DNA from: an uncultured Verrucomicrobiota bacterium
Lineage (GTDB): Bacteria > Verrucomicrobiota > Kiritimatiellia > RFP12 > UBA1067
Length of the DNA stretch: 59,133 nucleotides
NCBI GenBank assembly: GCA_946610035.1
Contig: CAMOCC010000006.1
Coordinates: 1-59,133 of the forward strand
Direction of reading: 5' to 3'
A program made the position numbers and the translations under genes. Shown one piece after another: positions 1 through 9,919 of this stretch (the stretch's first letter is position 1; each line of letters starts with the position of its first letter). Under the pieces are notes generated by a model. The model had not been told where the DNA came from, did not search any database, and saw nothing but the letters and a program-made list of their open reading frames with translations.

Positions 1-274
1 CGTCGAGAAAGATGATGTACTCGCCTGTCGCCATGTCGATGCCGGTGTTGCGCGATGCGGAGCAGGATCCGGTGCGGGGACCGAAGAACGCCTTGAAGCG
101 CGGGTCCTTCGCCGCGTATTCGCGGGCAATCTTCTCCGTGTCGTCCTTCGACTCCTCCACGCCGAGAAGGCATTCCCAGTCGGAGAAGGGCTGCTTTGCG
201 ACCGAGTCGAGGCATTCGCGCAGATACGGCGCGACGTCGCAGCAGGGGACGATGATGGAGAAGAACGGGTTCAT
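1..274 (-). CDS. Glycosyltransferase family 2 (5' part; runs off window edge)
   Basis: Manual translation MNPFFSIIVPCCDVAPYLRECLDSV...SASRNTGIDMATGEYIIFLD is a typical GT2 N-terminus; its start overlaps the stop of the upstream epimerase (ATGA). Confidence 0.85.
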   Translation of the reverse strand, partial: MNPFFSIIVPCCDVAPYLRECLDSVAKQPFSDWECLLGVEESKDDTEKIAREYAAKDPRFKAFFGPRTGSCSASRNTGIDMATGEYIIFLD

Positions 275-1233
275 AGTCCGTGATACTCCTTGTACCACTT
301 GGCGAAGACGGGGATGCCTTCGCGGATTGTCGTCTTCGGCTCGTATCCGACGGCCTTGTTGAGCTTCTCGATGCTCGCGTACGTCGCATAGACGTCGCCT
401 GGCTGCATCGGGAGCATTTCCATATTCGGTTCGACGCCGAGCGATTCCGCGAGGACGTTGATGACGTCGAGGAGCTTTTCGCTGCGGTGGTTGCCGATGT
501 TGAAGATGTCGTAGAGCGGAAGGTCCTGCGCCTCCACGACGCGGACGATCCCGTCCACGATGTCGTCGACATAGGTGAAGTCGCGCAGCATGTCGCCGTG
601 GTTGAACACCTTGATGGGGCGGCCGTGCAGCATCGCGTCCGCGAAGAGCGAGAGCGCCATGTCCGGACGATACCACGCGCCGTATACGGTGAAGAACCTG
701 AGCCCGATCGTCTGCATCTTGTAGAGGTGGGAGTACGTGTGCGCCATCAGCTCGTTCGCCTTCTTCGTCGCGGCGTAGAGGCTGATCGGGGTGTCCACTT
801 TGTCGGACTCCTCGAACGGCATCTTCTTGTTTCCGCCGTAGACCGAGGACGACGAAGCGAAGACGAGTTTCGGGACCTTCGCCGCGTGGCGGCAGCACTC
901 GAGAACGTTCAGGAAGCCCGCCAGGTTCGTCTTCTCGTAGACGAAAGGGTGGTCGATGGAATACCTGACGCCCGGCTGCGCGGCGAGGTTGAGGACTACG
1001 TCCGGATTCTCCGCGGCAAATGCGCCGCGGAGGCCCTCGAGATCGCCGATATCGAGCTCGCGGGCGGTGAAGCCGCGTTGGCCTTCGAGCAGCGCCGTGC
1101 GGTCGCGTTTGAGCTTTACGTCATAGTAGTCGCAGAAGTTGTCGATGCCGACGACCTCCCATCCGCGCCGCAGGAATTCATGCGCCGCGTGGAAGCCGAT
1201 GAACCCGGCAAAACCTGTGATGAAAATCTTCAT
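271..1233 (-). CDS. NAD-dependent epimerase, UDP-glucuronate 4-epimerase-like
   Basis: GFAGFIG Rossmann motif, ASSSSVYG, YAATKKANE (YxxxK), LRFFTVYG, RDFTYVDD. Confidence 0.92.
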   Translation of the reverse strand: MKIFITGFAGFIGFHAAHEFLRRGWEVVGIDNFCDYYDVKLKRDRTALLEGQRGFTARELDIGDLEGLRGAFAAENPDVVLNLAAQPGVRYSIDHPFVYEKTNLAGFLNVLECCRHAAKVPKLVFASSSSVYGGNKKMPFEESDKVDTPISLYAATKKANELMAHTYSHLYKMQTIGLRFFTVYGAWYRPDMALSLFADAMLHGRPIKVFNHGDMLRDFTYVDDIVDGIVRVVEAQDLPLYDIFNIGNHRSEKLLDVINVLAESLGVEPNMEMLPMQPGDVYATYASIEKLNKAVGYEPKTTIREGIPVFAKWYKEYHGL

Positions 1234-1241
1234 TTAGCCAT

Positions 1242-1339
1242 ATTATATCATTTTCTGACTGGATTCTGCAATGATATCGCGAAAGCTGAGAATTTTGACT
1301 GTTGTTCTGTTAGCATCCCGGCGGGAATTGTGCTATAAT
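1242..1339. promoter_or_regulatory. Divergent extended -10 promoters
   Basis: TGATATAAT on the minus strand (1242-1250) and TGCTATAAT on the plus strand (1331-1339), each ~8 nt from a start codon. Confidence 0.55.
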
Positions 1340-1347
1340 TAAGGCAA

Positions 1348-2340
1348 ATGGTTGACTTCCTCAGAAAACTCAAAAGGGCGTTCGCTGCCTGGAGGGAGCG
1401 CGCGAAGGTGCGCTCCGATGCGGCGCGCGCGTTCCGCTACGACGAAAGGCAGTTCATGGAGAACGCGGGCGCGCTGCATCTGGACCGCAAGGCCGCCGCG
1501 CGCTCCGAGATCGTGATGGGCTACCACGTTCTCGAAAAAGGGCTGACCATGCCGCGACGTCGGCTTGGATTCGGCAAGGGCGCGGTCGTGCATCTCGTGA
1601 ACCTCGTAGACTCGTTTGAAAGGCGGTTCGGCAAGGACGACCGGCAGGTGCGACATGCCGTCGCCGTTCTCCGCGCATACCGCGAGCTGCACCGCGGAAG
1701 TCCTGATCCGATGCCCCGCCTCGACGCCTTGCTCGCCGCGCATCCTGACATCCACGCTGCGGACGAGCCTCATGTCAAGCGAGCCGATTTCTTCGCGGAC
1801 AAGGATGCGCCGTTTCCGCGTTTCGCCGCATCCCGTCACGTCTGCCGCCATTTCGCGGGACCCGTCCCAAAGGAGACGATTGAGGGCGCCGTCGAACTGG
1901 CGCTCACCGCGCCGAGCGCCTGCAACCGCCAGCACGCGCGCGTGCATGTCGTCGACGATCCAGGGCTGAGGGACAGGCTTTTCGCCGCGCAGGGCGGAAC
2001 GCGCGGATTCGGAGCGGACGCGGACAAGGTCCTCGTCGTGACGTCGGACCTCTCCGCCGTCCGCTGGGGCTGGGAGCGGCACGACTGCTACGTGAACGGC
2101 GGAATCTTCGTGATGAACCTCTGCTACGCGCTCCACTACTTCGGCGTCGCGCACTGCATCCTCCACTGGAGCGTCTCGCCCGAGGTGGACCGCGCGGCGC
2201 ATGAATTCCTCGGCATCCCGTCAAACGAGGCGATCGTCCAGGTGATCGCCTGCGGAATGCCCCCGGAGGAGTTCGACGTCGCCGCGTCCCCGCGGCTTGC
2301 CGTTTCGGATGTTCTAACCTGGCACGGAGAGGGGAAATGA
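1348..2340 (+). CDS. Nitroreductase family protein of the type found in polysaccharide loci
   Basis: RHVCRHF and APSACNRQ nitroreductase motifs; N-terminal HVLEKGLTM; coupled to a pyruvyltransferase. Confidence 0.85.
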   Translation: MVDFLRKLKRAFAAWRERAKVRSDAARAFRYDERQFMENAGALHLDRKAAARSEIVMGYHVLEKGLTMPRRRLGFGKGAVVHLVNLVDSFERRFGKDDRQVRHAVAVLRAYRELHRGSPDPMPRLDALLAAHPDIHAADEPHVKRADFFADKDAPFPRFAASRHVCRHFAGPVPKETIEGAVELALTAPSACNRQHARVHVVDDPGLRDRLFAAQGGTRGFGADADKVLVVTSDLSAVRWGWERHDCYVNGGIFVMNLCYALHYFGVAHCILHWSVSPEVDRAAHEFLGIPSNEAIVQVIACGMPPEEFDVAASPRLAVSDVLTWHGEGK

Positions 2341-3500
2341 AGATACTTCTCGGAGGCATACCGCTCGGATGCGACAACATCGGCGACGAGGCGATAATTG
2401 CCGGCGTCGTGAAGATGCTGAAGGAGTCGCTGTCCGAAGTCGAGCTTACCGTCGCGACTGCCGATCCCGCGACGGCGGATATTCTCGGCGTGAAAGTCGT
2501 GCCGCCGTTTGGCTTCGCCGGACGTTCCCTCGACGGCTTCGGCGAAGCCGTGCGCGCGCACGACGCATACATCTGGTGCGGCGCGACGGGGCTTTCGGAT
2601 TATCCTTATGTTGCCCTCGATCTTCTCGAAATCGCGCAGAAAGCGGATGTCCCGACCTATGTCTGGGGCGTCGGAATGGACGACGAGCTGAATCCGGCAT
2701 TCTTCAGGGCGCATGGGAAGCGCAGGCTCGCGCTCCGTTGTCTCGGACTCGTCGGGTGGTACGAGCGCCGCCTGCGCGCGAGGCTCGCGCGTCGCGTCGC
2801 GGCGGTTCTGCCGCGCTGCAGGGGCGTGTGGCTGCGCGATCCGCAGAGCGCGGCGATGCTCTCCTCCATGGGGTTTGCCGACGCTGGCATTGCCGCCGAC
2901 ACGGCAATCCTTCTAAATGATAACGTCGATTTAGGGTCTGGTAGAGTTGGTGCAGTGTCTTGCAGCTCTAATGAGTCGCTAATAGACTCTAAAAGGCCCT
3001 ATTCGACACTAGGCCTTTGCATTTCGACGCAAAGGCAGGTTGCAGACCTTGATGGCTTGAAAGGCCTTATCGCCGCAGTGCGCGATTCGGGCGCGAAGGT
3101 CCTCGGAATACCGATGAATCCGAAAACGGACCGCGCGCTTCTGGAGTCGCTCGGCGTAGAGTGCATCGCGGGCACGACGCCGGAGGATGTCATGGAGGCG
3201 GCCGCTAAATGCGATGTCGTCCTGTCGAGCAGGCTGCATCTGCTGATTCTCGCGGCGAACGTCGGCACTCCCGGGCTCGGCATCGCGCGCGGCTCGAAGC
3301 TCGCGAACTGGCTATCCAACTTCGGTCGCACCGTCGAGGGGAGCGTCTACGACTGCGACTGGGGCGGAGTGACGGCGCATGTCCTCGCGGCGTTCGGGCA
3401 TCGCGGCGAATGGGATGCGGTGCGTACCAGGGCTTACGCCGAACTGACATCGAGGTTGGAGACTGCGCGCGGCAAACTCGTCGCGCGGCTGAAGGGATAG
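2337..3500 (+). CDS. Polysaccharide pyruvyl transferase family protein
   Basis: NIGDEAI, WLRDPQS, ADTA and SSRLHLLILA motifs; contains an AT-richer palindromic in-frame segment (2925-3008). Confidence 0.85.
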   Translation: MKILLGGIPLGCDNIGDEAIIAGVVKMLKESLSEVELTVATADPATADILGVKVVPPFGFAGRSLDGFGEAVRAHDAYIWCGATGLSDYPYVALDLLEIAQKADVPTYVWGVGMDDELNPAFFRAHGKRRLALRCLGLVGWYERRLRARLARRVAAVLPRCRGVWLRDPQSAAMLSSMGFADAGIAADTAILLNDNVDLGSGRVGAVSCSSNESLIDSKRPYSTLGLCISTQRQVADLDGLKGLIAAVRDSGAKVLGIPMNPKTDRALLESLGVECIAGTTPEDVMEAAAKCDVVLSSRLHLLILAANVGTPGLGIARGSKLANWLSNFGRTVEGSVYDCDWGGVTAHVLAAFGHRGEWDAVRTRAYAELTSRLETARGKLVARLKG

Positions 3501-3584
3501 CCGCCTCCGCGCGCACTTGTAGCCAAAAGCGGTGGCGATATGCTATAATACCTTTGTCCAAAGGGACAGAAAGGAAAAATAAGA

Positions 3585-3980
3585 ATGAAAAAACTCGCTG
3601 TTGCGCTCTGCTCTGCTGCCATGTGCGTCGTTTCGGCGCAGGCTGAATGCATCTGGAGCTGGTGGACGTCCGCCCCCGCGGAGAACGCCACAAAGGACGT
3701 CTCGGGCTGCGCCCTCGGAATCGCCTCGGAGACGGCGTCCATCACGGGCGCACAGGTTTCGCTGCTCTTCAACGTAACGGGAAAGGTCCGCTCGGGCGCC
3801 CAGGTCTCCATTGCCTACAACAAGGCGACGACCGTGAAGAACGGTCCGCAGGTCGCGTTCGTCAACGTCGCCGACGCGGCGGCGCTTCAGTTCGGGCTTC
3901 TCTGCTTCAACAAGCAGGGCTTCCTCCCGTTCTTCCCGTTCTTCAACTTCTCCACGAAGCAGTTCGGCGCGGTCGACTGA
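3585..3980 (+). CDS. Small secreted protein with GxQx short repeats
   Basis: Signal peptide; GAQVS/GPQVA/LQFGL repeats; AAGGA RBS; TGCTATAAT at 3541. Confidence 0.7.
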   Translation: MKKLAVALCSAAMCVVSAQAECIWSWWTSAPAENATKDVSGCALGIASETASITGAQVSLLFNVTGKVRSGAQVSIAYNKATTVKNGPQVAFVNVADAAALQFGLLCFNKQGFLPFFPFFNFSTKQFGAVD

Positions 3981-4023
3981 ACGGCGGCTTGACGCCACCG
4001 GTCGGGAGCGACGGTGCGGCGGC

Positions 4024-4791
4024 ATGAAGTACGCTGTGATGAGCGACGCGCACGCGAATCCGGACGCCCTTGAAAGGGCGCTCGGTGACGCGCGCAGGCG
4101 GGGGTGCACGAGGTTCGTCTTCCTCGGCGACGTGACCGGGTACGGCTACGACGTGAAGGCGGCGCTCTCCCTCGTAAGGCGCAACTTCAGCGTCGTCGTC
4201 ATGGGGAACCACGACTCCGCCTGCGTCGGGCTTGAGCCGTCCCTTGAGGTCCTGGTTAATCCGAACTACGACCTGGACAGGGATGAGGGGCGCACTCTCG
4301 ATGCCGAGGAGAGGCGATACCTGAAGTCGCTTCCCCTCACAGCATCGGAGGGCGGACTTCTTTTTGCCCACGGCGATTTCATCGAGCCGGGGGCGTGGAA
4401 CTACGTATTCAGCATAAGGGACGCCGCGTTGAACTTCCATTTCCGCGGCGACGGGATCATGTTCTGCGGACACACTCACCATGCGGCGGTATGGGAGCTT
4501 ACGGACAAGGGGATGGTCAGGCCGCGTCTGGAAAGGCGCTTCTCCTCGCCCGCGTTGAGGAACGAGACATCCACGATACGCATCAGGGCCGGAAGCCGCT
4601 ACATTGTCAACGTCGGCAGCGTGGGATATCCCCGCAACGACCGCTGCGCCAGCTATGCGATCTACGACGACGAGGCGAAGAGCATATCGATGCGGCGCCT
4701 TTCGTTCGACTTCAAGGACTATGTCGCTAAGATGCTCGACCACGGCATCAGGCTGCCGCGCTGGCTCTTCCTCCCTCCGGCATTCGCCTGA
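4024..4791 (+). CDS. Metallophosphoesterase (calcineurin-like)
   Basis: SDAHAN, LGDVTGYG, GNHD, GHTH, NVGSVG motifs. Confidence 0.9.
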   Translation: MKYAVMSDAHANPDALERALGDARRRGCTRFVFLGDVTGYGYDVKAALSLVRRNFSVVVMGNHDSACVGLEPSLEVLVNPNYDLDRDEGRTLDAEERRYLKSLPLTASEGGLLFAHGDFIEPGAWNYVFSIRDAALNFHFRGDGIMFCGHTHHAAVWELTDKGMVRPRLERRFSSPALRNETSTIRIRAGSRYIVNVGSVGYPRNDRCASYAIYDDEAKSISMRRLSFDFKDYVAKMLDHGIRLPRWLFLPPAFA

Positions 4792-4921
4792 CGGACCATT
4801 TCAGCGCGGCGTCGGACAACGCCCCGCACTACTGCATGAAGCCTCAAAATATGGTCCGTCGCATTGCGGCGGCGGGGCGAAAATGGTATAATTTGCGCTT
4901 CAAAGAGTCAAAGGCGAAACA

Positions 4922-5767
4922 ATGGACCACACGCAACCAGACCACAACAGGCAGCTGAAGGCGGCCGTAATCAACGACTTCTCGAGCTTCGGACGCTGCT
5001 CGCTCGCCGTCACCCTGCCGATCCTCTCCGCCATGAAGGTGCAGTGCTGCGCCGTACCGACCGCCATCTTCACGAACCACACCGGCTTCGAGCACTTCTC
5101 GTGGCGGGACTGCACCGACCGCCTCGACGACTACATCCGCGACTGGAGGGCGACGGACCTCTCCTTCAATGCGATTGCGACGGGCTTCCTCGGGTCCGCA
5201 CGCCAGGTCGAATTCGTCCGCCGGTTCACGGACGCCTTCCGCACCTCGTCCAACATCGTCGTCGTCGACCCGGTGATGGGCGACTACGGAAGGCTCTACC
5301 CGACTTACGACCGATCCCTTGCGGAGTCCATGCGCTCGCTCGTCGACGTCGCCGACGTCCTCACGCCCAACCTCACCGAGGCGTGCGTCCTTGCGGGGCG
5401 CGAGTACGATCCGGGGATTGCGGACGAGGGGCTGGCGGACATCGCATCCACCCTTGCAGGCGGCCGCGCGAACCGCGTCGTGATCTCCGGCCTCCAGCGC
5501 GGCGGGAGCCTCGTAAACTACGTCTACGAACGCGGACGGCGTCCGTCGCTCGTGTCGACGCCCAAGCTGGGTCCGGACAGGAGCGGGACGGGCGACGTCT
5601 TCGCGTCGGTGATAGTGGGGGACCTCGTGCGCGGGGCGGAGTTCACCAACGCCGTCCGCCACGCGACGGACTTCGTCGCGCGCACGGTCGCGCGGACGAT
5701 TCAGATGGGGCTTCCGACGACGGACGGCCTCGCAATCGAGGAGAACCTGGGGGAACTGGCGAAATGA
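4922..5767 (+). CDS. pdxK: Pyridoxal/pyridoxamine kinase
   Basis: DFSSFGRCSL, HTG, DPVMGD, TPNLTEA, GTGD motifs. Confidence 0.88.
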   Translation: MDHTQPDHNRQLKAAVINDFSSFGRCSLAVTLPILSAMKVQCCAVPTAIFTNHTGFEHFSWRDCTDRLDDYIRDWRATDLSFNAIATGFLGSARQVEFVRRFTDAFRTSSNIVVVDPVMGDYGRLYPTYDRSLAESMRSLVDVADVLTPNLTEACVLAGREYDPGIADEGLADIASTLAGGRANRVVISGLQRGGSLVNYVYERGRRPSLVSTPKLGPDRSGTGDVFASVIVGDLVRGAEFTNAVRHATDFVARTVARTIQMGLPTTDGLAIEENLGELAK

Positions 5768-6378
5768 TGACGATTACGTACACTGTCGGAAACGCCGTCT
5801 ACGTCAACATGACGAACCGCTGTCCGTGCGCATGCACGTTCTGTCTGAGGGCGAACGGACCGGGCGTGTACGGGTCCGGCCCGCTCTGGCTCGACCGCGA
5901 GCCAACCGTCGGGGAGACGGTCGAATCGATCGGCGGGCGGGACTTCTCCGTCTTCCGCGAACTCGTCTTCTGCGGATACGGCGAGCCCACCGAACGCCTC
6001 GACGACCTCCTCGCCGTCGCGCGGTGGATGAGGGCCAGCCACCCCGACGTGAAGATCCGCGTCAACACGAACGGGCTTTCGGACCTGATAGCCGGCCGCC
6101 CGACCGCCGCCGACTTCAAGGGACTCGTGGACGTCCTTTCGATCAGCCTCAACACCCCCGACCCCGCCGAGTACCTCCGCGTGTGCCGCCCGAAGTTCGG
6201 CGAGGCGGCCTACCCCGCCATGCTGAAGTTCGCAGGCGATGCGACGCGCTTCGTCCCGGACGTCGTCATGACGGTGGTGGACGAGCCCGTCACCTCCAAG
6301 TCAGACCAGGAGCGCTGCCGCGCAATCTGCGAAAGGCTCGGCGCAAGGCTGCGCGTGCGTCCCTACGAATCGAAGTAA
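5764..6378 (+). CDS. TatD-associated radical SAM family protein
   Basis: YVNMTNRCPCACTFC (CxxxCxxC), LWLDREP, VFCGYGEPT, RVNTNG; start reassigned to the ATG overlapping the pdxK stop. Confidence 0.85.
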   Translation: MMTITYTVGNAVYVNMTNRCPCACTFCLRANGPGVYGSGPLWLDREPTVGETVESIGGRDFSVFRELVFCGYGEPTERLDDLLAVARWMRASHPDVKIRVNTNGLSDLIAGRPTAADFKGLVDVLSISLNTPDPAEYLRVCRPKFGEAAYPAMLKFAGDATRFVPDVVMTVVDEPVTSKSDQERCRAICERLGARLRVRPYESK

Positions 6379-6487
6379 TATACTTTTTTGCCCCTTGAGG
6401 GCCGATTTTTGGTATAATAACACACAATCGTCATGCGTGGCGACTGAATTCCATGATAAACTCTACGGAAGAAAGAAGGTAAAAAGA

Positions 6488-7654
6488 ATGAACTGCAAGT
6501 ACAACTGCCTGAATCCGATCGCCAGTGTCGGACTGGGATCGCTCACCGACGGATATGTCCGCACGGAGAAGTTCGAGGAGGCGGACGTCGCATTCGTCCG
6601 CAGCGCCAAGATGGACGAGCTCGTCCCCGGCAAGAACCTCATCGCCGTCGCCCGCGCGGGCGCAGGCGTGAACAACATCCCGCACGCGGAGTACGCTAAG
6701 AAGGGCATCGTGGTGTTCAACACCCCTGGCGCCAACGCAAACGGCGTGAAGGAACTCGTCATCGCCGCCATGCTCCTCGCGAGCCGCGACGTGATCGGCG
6801 GCATCGACTGGGTCAAGGCCAACGCCTCGGACGCGGCGATCGCGAAGTCCGCCGAGAAGGCGAAGAAGGCCTTCGCGGGCACGGAGATCATGGGCAAGAG
6901 GCTCGGCGTCATCGGCCTCGGCGCCATCGGGCAGAAGATCGCGAACGCCGCGGTCGACCTCGGCATGGAGGTCTACGGCTACGACCCCTACCTCTCCATA
7001 GACGCCGCGTGGAACCTGAGCCGCGCCGTCAAGCACTGCAAGAACGTCGAGACCATCTACCAGGAGTGCGACTTCATCACTATCCACGTCCCGGCCCTCG
7101 ACTCCACCAAGGGCATGATCAACGCGGACGCGATCGCGATGATGAAGACGGGCGTCATCGTCATCAACTGCGCGCGCGACGTCCTCGTGAACGAGGCGGA
7201 CATGCTCGCCGCGCTCGAGAGCGGCAAGGTCCGCAAGTACGTCTCCGACTTCCCGAACTCGACCACCGCCGGGAAGAAGAACTGCATCGTCATCCCCCAC
7301 CTCGGCGCATCGACCGAGGAGGCCGAGGACAACTGCGCGGTCATGGCCGTCAAGGAGATCCGCGACTTCGTCGAGAACGGCAACATCACCAACTCGGTCA
7401 ACTACCCGGCGTGCTCGCTCGGCGTGTGCAACAAGGCCGGCCGCATCGCGATCTGCCACAAGAACACAGCCAACATGATCGGCACGTTCACGTCCATCCT
7501 CGGGCAGGCGGGCGTCAACATCGACGCCATCGCGAACAAGAGCCGCGGCGACTTCGCCTACTCGCTCATCGACACCGACAGCCCCGTGCCGGCGGACGTC
7601 GTCAAGGCCCTCGAGGCCAGCGACTCCGTCATCCGCGCGCGCGTCGTCAAGTAA
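6488..7654 (+). CDS. serA: D-3-phosphoglycerate dehydrogenase with C-terminal ACT domain
   Basis: ARAGAGVNNI, NTPGANAN, GLGAIG, PHLGASTEEAE; TGGTATAAT at 6410. Confidence 0.88.
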   Translation: MNCKYNCLNPIASVGLGSLTDGYVRTEKFEEADVAFVRSAKMDELVPGKNLIAVARAGAGVNNIPHAEYAKKGIVVFNTPGANANGVKELVIAAMLLASRDVIGGIDWVKANASDAAIAKSAEKAKKAFAGTEIMGKRLGVIGLGAIGQKIANAAVDLGMEVYGYDPYLSIDAAWNLSRAVKHCKNVETIYQECDFITIHVPALDSTKGMINADAIAMMKTGVIVINCARDVLVNEADMLAALESGKVRKYVSDFPNSTTAGKKNCIVIPHLGASTEEAEDNCAVMAVKEIRDFVENGNITNSVNYPACSLGVCNKAGRIAICHKNTANMIGTFTSILGQAGVNIDAIANKSRGDFAYSLIDTDSPVPADVVKALEASDSVIRARVVK

Positions 7655-7675
7655 GTTCGCAGGGAGCGAGGGAAG

Positions 7676-8854
7676 ATGGGATACGCCAAGAGGCCGTCCG
7701 CAAGCGCCCCGGCGGTGAAGACCGCCGCGGCGCCGTCATCCCCCGCGCCCTCCGCCAAGGAGTCGGCGGACGCCTCCATCTGGAAGATGCAGCTCGGCGG
7801 CGGGAAGAAGGCGACCAAGATGTCCCGCGTCGAGGTCCTGCTCTTCACGTCGGAGCTCGCCGACCTCATCGAGGCCGGCATGACGCTCGGCCAGGCGCTG
7901 CAGGCGCTGGCGAGCCAGGGCGAGGAGGGGAGCGGGCAGCGCTTCGTCTGCCAGGATCTGTGCGACCGGATCATCCGCGGCGAGACGTTCTCCGACGCGT
8001 GTGCGCACCACCCCCAGACGTTCGAGCCGCTCTTCCCGAACATGATTCGCGCAGCCGAGGCGTCGGGCGCGATGGTCGAGGTCCTTCGCCGCCTGGGCGA
8101 GCACTACGAGACGTACGACAACATGCGCGGCAAGATCAAGAGCGCGCTGAGCTACCCAGTCATAGTGCTCATCTTCGGAATCGTCGCCGTCATCGCGGCT
8201 CTCGTATGGATCATACCGAAGTTCCAGACGGTCTTCGCGTCCATGGGCGCGACGCTTCCGCTCCCGACGCGGATACTCATCGGGCTTTCGGACGCCCTCA
8301 TCCACCATGGCTGGATAATGGCGATCGCGCTGGTCGCGGCCGTGTGGTGGTTCAAGAAGTGGAAGCAGACGCCGTCGGGGCGGCTCAAGGTCGACGGATG
8401 GAAGCTAAAGGCCCCGCTCGTGAAGGGCATTGTCGCGGCGGGAGCGTATTCCTCCCTCGCCTACACCCTCAAGACGCTCCTCGCGAACGGGGTGAACGTA
8501 CTGCAGGCGCTGAAGATCGCCGAGGAGACGTGCGGCAACGCCGTCATAGGCGCGGCCCTCGCCGAGGCGAGGAAGCGCGTCACGGACGGTACGTCGATCT
8601 CGGGTCCGCTGGCGTCCAGCAAGGTCTTCCCCAGGATGATGACGGACATGCTGGCCGTCGGCGAGCAGGCTGGCGACATGGCGAGCTCCCTGGAGCACAT
8701 CGGCAAGCGCTACCAGAAGGACATGGACCGCAACATCACTACCTTCACCAACGCCCTCGAGCCGATCCTCATCGTGGCTATCGCCGGCATCGTCGGCTTC
8801 ATCGCGATTTCGATCCTCATGGCCGTCTTCCAGGTATCCTCCACTTTGGGCTGA
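7676..8854 (+). CDS. Type II secretion system F / PilC family inner-membrane platform protein
   Basis: Two GspF repeats (AAEASG...KSALSYP; VGEQAG...LEP) with TM helices. Confidence 0.9.
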   Translation: MGYAKRPSASAPAVKTAAAPSSPAPSAKESADASIWKMQLGGGKKATKMSRVEVLLFTSELADLIEAGMTLGQALQALASQGEEGSGQRFVCQDLCDRIIRGETFSDACAHHPQTFEPLFPNMIRAAEASGAMVEVLRRLGEHYETYDNMRGKIKSALSYPVIVLIFGIVAVIAALVWIIPKFQTVFASMGATLPLPTRILIGLSDALIHHGWIMAIALVAAVWWFKKWKQTPSGRLKVDGWKLKAPLVKGIVAAGAYSSLAYTLKTLLANGVNVLQALKIAEETCGNAVIGAALAEARKRVTDGTSISGPLASSKVFPRMMTDMLAVGEQAGDMASSLEHIGKRYQKDMDRNITTFTNALEPILIVAIAGIVGFIAISILMAVFQVSSTLG

Positions 8855-8858
8855 CGAT

Positions 8859-9791
8859 ATGAACGACAACGAAAGCCCAGAGGAGCTCGGACAGAAGATC
8901 AATGCGCTGCATCTTTGGGATGCGATCCTCCCCTTCAACTGGATCGTGAAGCCGCTCGGCACGGTATTCCCCTACTTCTGCACCATCCTGAAGGGCGACG
9001 GCAAGCCCGTATGCGTCCGCTACCTCATGATAGAGGGCTGGCAGACGTTCCACGACTTCGTCCGTACTCGCGTGGACCGCAACTGGGGCTTCTACTCGAC
9101 GCCGATGGAGCTGCCCCACTTCGAGCTGGTCGTCGGCGTCGCCGGCGACGTGCACGTCTTCCGCCACGACCCCGGCTTTGTGCCGCGCGAGCTCGCCGAA
9201 CCGGAGCGCTCGCTCGTAAGGAAGATACTCTGGGAGACGTACGGCGTCATGATGCGCGTCGAGTCCGACCGCGAACTGCCTCTCCGGTTCGCAACCGACA
9301 AGTCCATGTTCGCGCGGGTCGAGACGTCCGCCGGATGGATCGACACGCCCATGGAAATCCCCGATCCCCGTCCGCACATCGAAAAGGTATCCATCGCCAA
9401 GGCGCTCCTCGCAAAGGCGAAGGACCTTCCCTTCGGGCAGTCCGAGAGCGTCGAGCTCGACTTCCGCATCGACCTCGGAGTCGTCACGAAGGAGCCGCGC
9501 CCGCGCTGCGCATACCGCCTGCTGGCGATAGACCCCGCGACGGGAGCGCGCGTCATTTCGGACCGCACCTCAATCACGCCTGACGGCGGGCTCAAGGCCA
9601 TGTGGGAGGGCCTCGCCCCCCGCGTGCTGACGCGCCTCGTCGAGCGCGGACACATCCCCGGCGAGATCCGCGTATGCTCTGGACGCGTGTTCCGCATGCT
9701 CCGTCCGCTCTGCCTCGACATCCCGTTCAAGCTTTCTCTGCACGACGCCCTCCCGAAGCTGGAGGCCGCCTTCGCAGGAGGAGGCAAGTAG
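8859..9791 (+). CDS. Hypothetical protein
   Basis: 310-aa ORF with host-like codon usage, 4 nt after the GspF gene; no motif recognised. Confidence 0.7.
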   Translation: MNDNESPEELGQKINALHLWDAILPFNWIVKPLGTVFPYFCTILKGDGKPVCVRYLMIEGWQTFHDFVRTRVDRNWGFYSTPMELPHFELVVGVAGDVHVFRHDPGFVPRELAEPERSLVRKILWETYGVMMRVESDRELPLRFATDKSMFARVETSAGWIDTPMEIPDPRPHIEKVSIAKALLAKAKDLPFGQSESVELDFRIDLGVVTKEPRPRCAYRLLAIDPATGARVISDRTSITPDGGLKAMWEGLAPRVLTRLVERGHIPGEIRVCSGRVFRMLRPLCLDIPFKLSLHDALPKLEAAFAGGGK

Positions 9792-9919
9792 GTGAAGCCC
9801 GCCCCGCCAGTCGTGTGCGGGATATGTCCGCGCGGGCGCCGGATTCGCCGTCCATTCCAATTCAATCGTCAACGGTCGCTGTCCAGATTGCGGGCGGACG
9901 ATCCACGGGAGGTTCTGAT

